Part shown: positions 22,730 through 33,598 of the stretch, in pieces | Layout of the letters: each line of letters starts with the position of its first letter | Position numbering within the stretch: position 1 is the first letter of the stretch | Assembly (NCBI GenBank): GCA_002633005.1 | Contig: NMRA01000169.1 | Span: 1-44,803, forward strand | Direction: 5' to 3' | DNA length: 44,803 nucleotides | Source: Phoronis australis | Lineage: Eukaryota; Animalia; Phoronida | Notes under the pieces: generated by a model | Seen by the model: the letters and a program-made list of their open reading frames with translations, nothing else | Database searches by the model: none | What the model was told of the DNA's origin: nothing | Program-made: the position numbers and the translations under genes

Positions 22730-23767
22730 TGTTCACTGAGCAAAGTAGTGGTGACGAGGAATTTTTTCACGAGCAGTCAGTGGAAAGATATATGTTTGAG
22801 TCCAAGTATAGTGAGGCAGAATACACTCTCCCTCTGGATGGAGAACTGAGGACCCAAACAACTTACACCTCTCCGTGTGATTTCCTCGCCACATATGGCG
22901 CCTTCTAAGTGGCTCCAATACTTTAGTCAACTAGCCCACAATAATCTTTTCTTAGTTTGGGTCACTGGCCTGTTCATTGGACGACGAACGGTCTTCAGTG
23001 CGTGACGAACTGGGTCTGTAATCACTCCCACTACTTAACATCGCTGCAGTTCTGCTTATAGGCTTTGGGCTGGAGACAATACCAGCACTTGTCAAATATC
23101 CGAATTGCACGCTCCGGGGTACATTCGAAGGCATGGGTGGCAGTAGCTGAAGGGTCTCGAGTCACTGTAGAGGCCACAGCTCCCAAGGGTTCTCTCTCCT
23201 CAAAAATGCATTTCTCGGGGGTGGTGACGAGGCACTGTCACGACTCAACGGCAACTGTAGGTACACGTCTTTACACGTTTTGTGGGAATCTTCTATCACT
23301 TCCACGGACATATCTCTATCGTTATCCGACGGAAGAAAATTCGTGCCACACACTCAGTAATTCTCCAATGGTTTGTGCTTTACGTGGATGGGAAACACTG
23401 CGTTCTTTACACTAACTAGCCAAGTACGGTGGAGTGTGTCATCCCTCGGAAAACGATGTAACGACATACCCACAGTTCGCTACAGACGATAATGAGTACA
23501 TCCCGGTACGCAGTAACCGTGAGGCATGTTGACTGACTCGTAAACGGCTACCGAACTTAGTAACAACCGAGGTAACACAGTGTCTGACTCGACAGCTTAC
23601 ACAGTCAGACTACATGAAAACAAAATGGCGGGAAATTCTAAGCCATCTAAATGGGGCATAACTAATTAATTAAATTACCGGAGGCTGCAACTAACTGAAA
23701 AATATGTCTCGGATAATCAACGATCCGTATTTTTACTAAAAATGACATGGAAAGGTTACTTTGTCCT
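22730..23767 (-). mobile_element. Decayed Kolobok transposon 5' part (THAP plus transposase N-terminus) in intron 2
   Basis: Terminus ...ttactttgtcct|ttaa (23768-23771). From ATG 23527: MPHGYCVPGC..SLHRFPRD..TWL..*VCGTNF (THAP). Then RKIIV..KVLEPLRRRHMW..GSSV..ECILPHYTW, like the Kolobok KFIV..L..C..C..G..C..GH..W region. Confidence 0.7.
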
Positions 23768-24002
23768 TTAAATCCACAAAGAGTTTATGAGGATTGTACT
23801 TTTGCGTCGATCAACTTCGGCCAGCTGCTATGTTGTGCACCCCAGATATTATAAAATATTATAAAATTGAAATTCAAAATGATGTAATGCTCAAAGGCGT
23901 CGTTTGGCATAACATGTCTAATTACTTTTGTGCGATGGAAATTCCGTTTATAAAGCTTTAAACTGTACTTAAGCTGAAGTACTGTAATTAGCGCTCTGCT
24001 AC

Positions 24003-24254
24003 CTGAAGGATTTGGCTCGCTAACACCATCAAACGGCCTTGGTATTCTTGCTGGATGCCATTTCTTAGACGCTTCCACTCGCTTGCAAATGTCGCAGGCA
24101 GACATGCTATCGGCGCAACGTTTGTCTATCACGAGTGCCTCATCTTTGATCCATTGCCGTAAAGACTTCCTGGCTTGTCCATGGAACTGAGGGTCCCACG
24201 CAAACATTGGCAATGACTGGGGTTCGGGGTAAGACCAGCCCTTGGAACAAGGAA
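24003..24254 (-). CDS. Internal coding exon (252 nt, phase 1-1) of the uncharacterised gene
   Basis: Acceptor cttcctttacag ends at 24255; donor cag|gtagca at 24002; open frame PCSKGWSYPEPQSLPMFAWDPQFHG...CDICKRVE...; phases fit both neighbouring exons. Confidence 0.6.
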
Positions 24255-26070
24255 CTGTAAAGGAAGTTATCTGTCTTCTTTTGGCATAACCTCAATAGCG
24301 ATGGGATGTGTAACGGAGCTAACTTTCCTCCATAAATATAGATTATGTGACGGATTCAGTTTACCTACAGAGTCACAGATTATGTGACGGATGATCACAT
24401 TTGTTCTAGGCCGAAGTATCAGTACAAACTTCAATCGGCGCATATGTAAACAAAGGCATGGTACTAATCAATGTTTCGGTCTACTGTCACTAAACCATTA
24501 TCAAGACAAATGTTCACAATATTTAGTGTAGGTAACACAGGTGGAAAACAATCTGCACAGATATACGTCAAAATGCATTGTGGTGGAGAAAGACCAGAAA
24601 TCAAAATCAGAATGGTTTACAAACAAAAACCAAAACGGTGATTAACATAATGTCTTAATTGTTTTTATATATACACTGATTTTGAAGTTCGTACATATGT
24701 AACTTAGTTACCTTACTTGGATAGTAATAGTTTATGTGACGTAGCTAATTTACTTCGGTCTGTAGAACCAATATCTCTCTGGGCGCTAATCTAGTATGAG
24801 CTCTATTGTGGCAACATATGTAGAAACTTCTCGGGGAAACACAAATGTAAATTTCACTTACATGTATAACCAACCCCTCAGAAGTAAACCTCCAAGTTTA
24901 AATGTTTGCAAAAAGACAAGTATATATAACACTGTTTCGAAAAAATATCAAAAAATTGGAATTGGACACGTTCACAAACAGATATCCATCAATGACAAAC
25001 TTAAAAATAATGATAAGTTACATTTCGTAAATCTCTATTCTCATCATTTTCAAGAATTGTGTATTACAAACTATTCTGAGTACTCCTTGCTACATGTTTC
25101 TCTTTGTTTGCTTTCTTTTTATTGAAACCCCACTTGGATGTTTATTATATTTTAGTGAAATATGATAGTAAAGTAACGCCAGGGGATCACGTACTTTGTC
25201 CTTGCTAATCTCAGCTTGGAAAAGAAAAATTAAAAACGATTTCTTCGATATTTATAATTGAACTAACCTGTCGCGTTATTGATAGTTTATGTTACGGAAC
25301 AAACTAACCTCGCAAATGATAGGTTATGTTGAGGTACCATATATTAGTAAAGAGATTCGCGACTCCGTGTAGTCTCGCGGCCTAACGCAAACCTACGTGA
25401 GCAGGATTCAAAACTTCCGGTCTCATGGATAAGCATATTAACGAAGGTGAACTTTGGTTTTTATTTCGCGCATGTCAAGCAAATTTTTGAGTTTTGAGTT
25501 TGAAACTAATTTGTTGTGTTTTATGCGAACTAAATCGCGTTTGCGAGCCATTCAAGTCGGATTATTGCTACGAAACGTGTTGGAATTAACATGACTAGTT
25601 GTTGTTGATCGGCCCGTCTGCTGGCACAGTTCAACACGAATGGAGGAGTTTGGCCAAATGAAAAGGTTGAGCTAAATGGATATTTTTTTTCACTTACTAG
25701 CTGAATTCTCAGTCGTGTACGATGAAATTTAGTTTGAATTTTGTGATTTTGTATGAATTTTGGCTCGACCTAAATGTGGTTTCTCATTCGTCACTACGTC
25801 TACAGTACATAAGCCATAATATACCCAAAATTCAGCAAGAGCGAAATTTTGCCATTTTTCATGATTTTCAGAAGCTCATATATATTAGGATGAAAAGTGG
25901 TGGAACAGGAAAAGTATGCCGGCGAAATGTTTAAACTGTTTTCTTTATATTTAGGTCTGTGTCAACAAATGGGGGCATTCATGGATATTTTTAAAAATCG
26001 GAAGTACTGCGGCACTTGAGAAGGGAATAAATTTTCAGTTGCTAAATGTTACCAAGCCGATTTTAATGAT

Positions 26071-26227
26071 ATGGGGGTGGATCCAGGATTTTGTGTTAGG
26101 GGAACCAGAGCAGAGTATTAGCCAGGAATTTGTCATTCAGACATTGGAACTCCCGATCTTCCAACTGGAATCTGGGGGAATTTTAGGGGGGTGTAGCCCT
26201 CTTGGCACCCCCTCTAAATCCGCTATT
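26071..26227. mobile_element. Diverged hAT-type MITE
   Basis: ggggtggatccaggatttt...ggggggtgtagccc..cccctctaaatccgcta resembles common GGCGGATCCAGG...GATCCGCC MITEs; no clean TSD. Confidence 0.45.
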
Positions 26228-27257
26228 GATGTCAAACTGTTTGCTAAAAATTCTGCCTTAAGTGTACTCTTTTGTTTTATTGATAAAAGTATGGGAAAAT
26301 GTATTTAATGCCTTGTCAATTTCTAACCTGGAAAAATCCTGCAAGTGTACTCTCAACGTAACAATTACTATCGTGTCCTAATCCATTCCTCATCAATTTT
26401 TTTCACTTCATCTCATTATTTCCATTTATCAATACTTCCAAAAAAGGTAAATTCAATCATTTTTCAAGAACAATGCTGACCTTTCCAGGGTTAAAACTGA
26501 ACTCAAATTTTATTGGTCAAATGGATTAAACAGAACCAGTCAAAACCTCCATAAGTTACAAAAAGTGAAATATTTTCATGAAAACAGTACAGTATATTTT
26601 TAAAATTCAATTTAACTTCAGTTTTGGTGATAGAGTCAGTCTTTTTTCTTCAAAAATAATTTTGTCACACGTTTTCTACCTTGCGGTGGTGCTGTAATTA
26701 GTTTAACTTAAAAAAATATATATATTTTGCATTAAAATAATTGTTTATTCAAGGCTGCAGTGCATCAAAACCGTTTAGAATACGAGTATGCTCCTTTTGG
26801 ATGGTCACTAACACTACGCCTCTCAATTCCTATGTTATTTGACAGAAATGAAATTGATTTAAATTTTGTTTAATTAAAAATGCACCTGATCATTTTTATC
26901 ATATGGTGCGTAACTTAAGATTGTGAAAACATTGATCTCACTTGGGGAAAAAAGAATAATTCATATAACCTCAAAGATTTTTGAATAAATGACGAAATAC
27001 TCTGAAAAAACTAGGTTTTTTGTTTTTGCTACATTTGAATTCATTTGTTGCACCAATTTCATTTTTAGCATTGTTTTGAAATATTTTGGAACAAAAGAAA
27101 TATTTTCCCCGAATCATGGTAATTCTTGAAGTGTTTTGTCGTTTTAAAAGTGGTTTGGTGACGATGTCTTGTTGTTAACCTACTTGTAAAGGAGTCTCCA
27201 TCTTGTTTTAACAACACAGTAAGCTATGGATTCCCAAATATAGTCTTAACTTGATAT

Positions 27258-27443
27258 TTTTTGTGGCCTGAAATTTTTTAGTGCTGTTTGCTGAAAAAAG
27301 GCTATTTTGAGGCTGTAAAAATTAGATAACTCGAGAGCCGCCTAAGAAATTAAAAATTATATATTTAAATGGCATGTCTGAAGCTACCATTTTACGCTAT
27401 CAAATTAAAGTGTTTCTGATGAAATTTGTGTTTTGCTTTGCTC
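27258..27443 (+). repeat. Dispersed repeat fragment, copy 2 (copy 1 at 751-943)
   Basis: Same colinear blocks as 751-943. Confidence 0.75.
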
Positions 27444-28744
27444 TGACAGCTCTATTTTGTAAAACATAGTATGCAAAGGGTGTTTTTGTATTTCTTCTCA
27501 GAAATGTATGCAACACTTTATGTAATGTTGTTATGTTTTTTTCCTCTTTGTCATTGTTAAAACCAATTCCATTGTATATTCTTGTTGCCGTTTTTCACTT
27601 AACAATTGTAAAGTAAGGCAAGGAATCCCAGACCCCTGTTACTTACTCATTGGAACTGGGGAAATAAAGAAATGAAAAATGTCTATTTTGCGTGAGCTGT
27701 GCTATCTGGTAACCACTAAAAATAAGGCTGACAGAACCCCTTTCATAACCTGAGTCTTTCCCTCTCACGTTCTCTGTTTCAAATTTTGTGGTATTTTGTT
27801 TCAGTTGGTGGTTTCATTTCATGTTATAATATAACTTTTTTTCTTCTACAGGCAGAAATATAACACTTAAAACTGAATTCCCTTTACTGTGTATTAAGTA
27901 AAAAATATACTAATACAAGTTTCCTTTCGAACATTGAATATCTGTTGGCGTCACAAAACCCCAAAGAAAATTACAGTGCCAACTGCTCCTTCCAAATTTG
28001 ACTTCTTCAATTCAATCGCTGGTTATCTCCACTGCTAAACAGTGAAGCTAAGTCTGTTGTGGCATTCACGCTCAATGCGATACTAAAATTAGCTCAGTTT
28101 TTTTGTTAAAAAGCCATAGAAGAGTCCTGGGGAAGTGTTCACTTTCACAAAATCACGTTCCAGATGCAACTCCTCGTTACATATTATTTTATAGATATTC
28201 TATGTGTTTGTGACATTTAGAGGATGTTCAGACACTGAAAGAGAGAAATAGACATTAGGTCTTAATGAGCATGCCCTTAATAATCATAAGTATCAATCAT
28301 CATGAAACTGGAGAATACGTCAACTCAGTCGACATGGAGAGCACGATGTGCTGCTATTGGAAATATTGAGAGTCCCTTTTCATAACGAAGCCCGTTTTGA
28401 ATGAGTAGCAAACAGGGTCATGCTGCACTTGTTTGCGCGACATTCTTGTTACCCCTTCCATTTGTCAGTCTTTGCAGTACTTCACACCTGCTGTTTACCA
28501 TTGCATATTTTTCTAGCTTTTGCTCTGAGGTGGTATTACTGTGTCATTTTATTTACACTTGATGAAACAAGTATGTTTCAAAATATCGTTTGTCGTCTCT
28601 TGGTCAGTTTCTTTACCTATGCTCTGATGGAATAAAGATTGTTAACAGCAATAAGTGTCATTTATACCACAATATTAGCGTCAAATGGCAGATACAACCG
28701 TGTAATAACCCATAAAGTTATCTCACTAGTGAGATAACGATTTG

Positions 28745-28822
28745 GCGGGAAACATAGGACGGTGTCGAACCCAGGACCGTGAAGTTGCTGGTGGCTGACT
28801 TTACCACTACACCATGCAGCGA
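28745..28822 (-). other. tRNA-derived Pol III head (SINE-like or tRNA pseudogene)
   Basis: Minus-strand A box TGGTGTAGTGG (28814-28804) and B box GGTTCGACACC (28771-28761) at tRNA-like spacing; no convincing acceptor stem. Confidence 0.6.
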
Positions 28823-29371
28823 CTGACGTCATCAAGAGTGAAAATATAATGCTTAAATGAGCACGCGCAATAATCGCATGTTCAACAAACCGCATTGTAC
28901 TGTACTTATACGCGACGAAAAATAAGACACATAATTTCCATAAAAATGATATCTTAATTCAGTGAAATTTTTCTCTTTCTTTTTGTCATCTTACTTGTAA
29001 ATCACCGATCTCCAGTTTGAATGCGGGTATCCTGTCGCCAGGATCTTTGACTTGAGAATTATATTCAGTTACCAGTGGTAACTTACTTTAGCAGACGATA
29101 ATTTCCCGGTCGAAGCTTAGCGTGAAAAAATGTGTTTTAAGCTATTATAGTTGGTAAACCTTAATTTATAAATTCAATTTAGTTCTATTATATTTAAGTT
29201 TTCAATTGGTTTTGAGTAAAAGCATTATTTGACAAAAATATCCCGGCTTTTCTTAAAAGGTCACGACCTCCGACCCCGGGCCTCTGACATAGAAAGTAGT
29301 TACAAATCCGTGGAGAGTCAGAAAAGGTAAATCGATTCTTTGCAATGTTTCTAGTTTAGTATGTGGTATTA

Positions 29372-29500
29372 ATAGATTATTACATGGCGAAGTCGTTACC
29401 CCCCCCCCTTATCTAGAGCCCTTGTGAATTATCACCCTCGGCAAAATCCACTCGGGCTCTAGATAACGGGGGGTAACAACTTCGCCATGTAATAATCTAT
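29372..29500. mobile_element. ~130-bp hairpin MITE-like element
   Basis: atagattattacatggcgaagtcgttaccc..ttatctagagccc is inverted as gggctctagataa..gggtaacaacttcgccatgtaataatctat; arms ~55 bp. Confidence 0.8.
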
Positions 29501-32500
29501 ATGTATCGAACCAATTTTGCATAATTGTAACTATGTTAAGAAGTTGCCTTACAATATACTTTTGGCCTATGATAGTAGTGACGGCAAGTTTTTGACACTC
29601 AACTTGCAAATGTCATGTCAATGTCAGATAGCCTTTGGCCCTAACCCCCTGGAACAAAACTGTGTGAATTACCGGCAAATATTTATTGTGTAAAATTGTT
29701 ACAAACTCATTTTTGTTGGCTAATGCTTGTGCTTTTGATTATGAGCTGATTCGTACGATACTCAATTTAAACAAACACCAATACCAATTGCAACCAAAAA
29801 TCAGCTGATGCGACAGTGTAAGTGTAATCACGGGAAAATCAGCTGAAGACGTTTCTGGATTATCTTGTGAATGATTTAAATGACATGACAGAGAACAGTA
29901 TACGCATTTTATTTTTACAAGTCTTAAAAACTCCAAAAAAATCAAACAGTTCAATTCATTACTTTACCAAATCTTGAAACCAGGGAACAACCGCTCCGTA
30001 AAACCGGAAGTTTTCTATCCTGCGTGTGCAGCGCCCTCTCATCGTTAGTGCTTATGTCCCGTGGTCCGCGACATGTGCAACGCGCTCTACCGGGAGTTGG
30101 CAGTCCCTATCTATAGTCTATGACGGTACTAACTTAAGTCATAGTGGGAAGTTATATGACAACACTAATTAACTTCGACAGCGATAGGTGATGTGATGGA
30201 ACGAATTTTCTTACTCACTTAAACTGAAATGTGTTACGATACGACTGTTTAAAGTCCTTCTCTCACGCGTTGTTAACCCTTATTACATGGTTAAAAGATG
30301 TTATAAGGATCCAAGAAGTACCTACCCCGTAACTAATACACGATCCGTACTCGAAAAAAGTTTAAATGAACGCGCCACTCACGATTTGCACCCGAAGAAA
30401 CACCGCCATTTTGAACTTGCCGCGAACACGGAAGTACAATTCATTCAAGAACCCAGGCCGAGAAAACGCCGTCAGTGCGACTGGAGCAGTGCCTGTACTG
30501 TTACCAGCCAGCAAACGGGGATAAAAAATCGACAGCGCGCCTTAGTTTTGATAAAATCAAACTACGGACAATTTTATGGAATTTGCTGAAGAAATGTGGC
30601 GAATAAATTTTGACAGAAATTATTTTGCCAGACTCGGGACCGCAGCCTATCGGGCCCGGTGCGGATCGAGACCAGACACTGGCGAACGATAAATGCATGC
30701 GGTTGCAAGCTGTTTTGTCGAAGTAAAATGGTCAAATGATAAATGCTGCATATATTCAAGGGTAGTTTCAGACACTTGCATGAAATTACGGGCTGGTTAG
30801 TCCTGTGTCACACTGCCGCGGCAGACCTTAGTTAGCCTCAGTCACCAGCTACCAGTGAAGACTATAGTCAAAATACAGCTTGTTAGTAGGCCTATACAGC
30901 TTTGCGCCAAGACTACCCTTAGGCCTAACTGGTCGCTGGCCACAAACACAAAAAACACGAAAATTGAACAAAGTTTCTTTTTTGTAGCAACGTTTGTCAA
31001 AATGTATCAACGTTAAATCTTCACAAATTACAAAGTAGCCGATTGAACATGCCTTTCAGTTCAGCAAAAGTCGACATTGTAGGTGCCGCCAGAAATGAGA
31101 CGAAGTCCAACGGGAATTGTGAGCACATTTATCACTTAATGAGTAACAACTGCGAGGCTGAAATTTGGTGAACACTGCTAAATCGTGCAGAATAGTAAGT
31201 AAAGATATGTCTAACTAAATTTCACCGTAATTTGTTGGCGAAAACAATTTACACAAAGTTTTAAACTCGTAACTCATCCCGCTGTCCTCCAATATGGCCG
31301 ACGCGATCCAAACAAAGTGACCCAAATTTCGCCACAAAACTTGCAATAACTTTACAGTGCTTGCCCCGATTTTGATACTTTTTCGATTTTTACTGAGTAG
31401 AATGTACTACCTTTCCGATGATAGCAAAGTACTTTTTCAAAACGAGGAAAAAAATAAAACCGAAAAAAAATTGGTTCGACCCATATTGGTTCCTAGGTTC
31501 GACCCGCCTACGTAAGGAACTAAACACCAATGCTATTTTAACATACTAAGTACGCGTAACATTCCAAAAAAATCAACGACCACTAACTACAAACTATAAA
31601 TACACTACATATGCAAACGAATCACGATATATTACTAATAAAACAAAATAATGAAGACTTTTCGAGCAAGCCATAGCACATTCAGTTACAAGGAAAAAAT
31701 GGCGGCGTTCAGGACAAGTTCCTGAACTGATGAGCCGGAAATGTGGGTACGGAAATAACCGATGACAACCGGTAATCATACGCTCACAGAGAAGGGTCAA
31801 ATACTGTTAAAAAATCGCTTTTGGCAAGAAAGGCGAAAAGAATATAAAGAAAGGGTGTCGAAAATAAGAATTTGTGTAGTAAAAATTTTCGGATACTGGA
31901 ACCACATGGGCAGTTTGAGAGAAGGACTTTAATAATACCGAGTACGTTAATTTTGATATCACATGGGCGAATCACAAAGTAGTGCAAAGTAGAAATCCAT
32001 AAGCCTGACAGTTTATCGTGTGCAAAGCACTAATCCCAATAACCAAACAGTGCCGTGACAAGGTTATGATTGACAAATCTGGTGTCGCAGCTGAACGTTT
32101 TCCCATTCGGAAGGACAACGAAACAACTTCTTAAACAGACCCACCTAGGGCGACGAATTATATATCCACTTTCATTAAAACGGAAACGTACCACAACTCA
32201 AGAAACCACGCGATGCGTCTGACTAGATGTCCTGTCTCAATGTCTATTGTTAAGTTTAAAATATTTTTTTTTAAAAAGTAACTGGTTTTACTTTACATTG
32301 CGACATGTGGTTGAAAGTTTTAGACACGTCGATTTTTTTCGACAAAAAGTTCGTTTTAACGGTTCATGTGAGAAAACAAATCCTGCACTCGTTTCAGGTA
32401 CATGTATATGACATGGGCAAAACCTCTTGAAATTTTGTCAAAATCCCTCGGCAAGCCTCGACATTTCCACGAAATTTGGGATCTTTACGAAATTTCCAGG

Positions 32501-33384
32501 ACGTTTTGTACACTTCATAAACCTGAGACAAGTGCACTATTCTTTATTACATGTACCTCGACTGGACGGAACTTAATTACTCCGTTTGCTTATGTGACGG
32601 AGCTAACTTACATGTACTTCAATAGCGATGGGTAACGTGATAGAAAAATATAGCACATTAGTTTTCAATAGTGCGACCTAGCTAACTTTCCGCGCAAAAC
32701 ATGAGCTCTTGGTTGTCTCCGACGGCTATGTTAGTTATGACACAAAAGGTGATTTTATAAATTTTTGAATTAAAAGGTAGCGCAATACGAAACCAAAATT
32801 CGAGCACAAATGAAGATACGACAGAGTTTTGACCACTTCTTGTAGTTAGTTAACATTATGTAGGACCTTATAAAAATATCCAATTTTGGCCAAATTTGGA
32901 ACATCGTATCTCTGGTTTGGATGCGCGTAAAACTTTCGGATATTATTCTATATGCAATGTTCTGCAAAACGCTGTTAGGAATTGTTTTTAAACTATTTCA
33001 TTATCAAAAATAGGACCTCTTATGAAAAATTATGTTTCATAAAACAAATATGAAACGATAATTTAGAAAAAAGCACTTTTTGAGATTTTAACTTCAACAT
33101 TAATATCGCCTGACATTTATTGATCATGATGTTTTGCATGAATGTACCTTTCATTTTGCTAAATTTTCCTGAAAAGCAAGCTGAAGTGACATAGTTAGTG
33201 ACAGATTGGTATAAAGTCAAAATCTAAATTGAACGGACTTTCTACATTCAGAAAATAATACTTTTTCTGAGTTAAACTCCATAGTTTTGTAGATATTCGG
33301 CTCAGTATACAAATTTGTTAATAAGGTCTTACTTAACCTTATAGTAATACATTTAATTAGTTTACCGTGAAGTTGCTTACTCAC

Positions 33385-33598
33385 CGATTCCGTGTACGAA
33401 GGATTCTTGGTTTGGTTTGTTGGAAGAGCACCTCGGTTTGTTGATGTTCGAAATATTTAGGAAATTGCTGGGATCCTGGTAGCCCTCTTCATAAGTGGTT
33501 TGACCCATTTCTTTGAGGCGCTTGTCTTTTAGAGCTTGATTAAAACGACACGAAGATGTACCTGTGCTACTGTGACGTGTCAGATTTCCAATTTCCAT
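33385..33598 (-). CDS. First coding exon of the uncharacterised gene
   Basis: ATG at 33598 with an in-frame TGA directly upstream; 71 codons plus 1 nt, then consensus donor G|GTGAGT at 33384; phase 1 matches exon 24003-24254. Confidence 0.55.

Noticed and set aside
30274-31800. Possible piggyBac bounded by ttaa|ccctt and aaggg|tcaa
   Set aside because: Only 5 bp of inverted match, imperfect TSD and no transposase motif.
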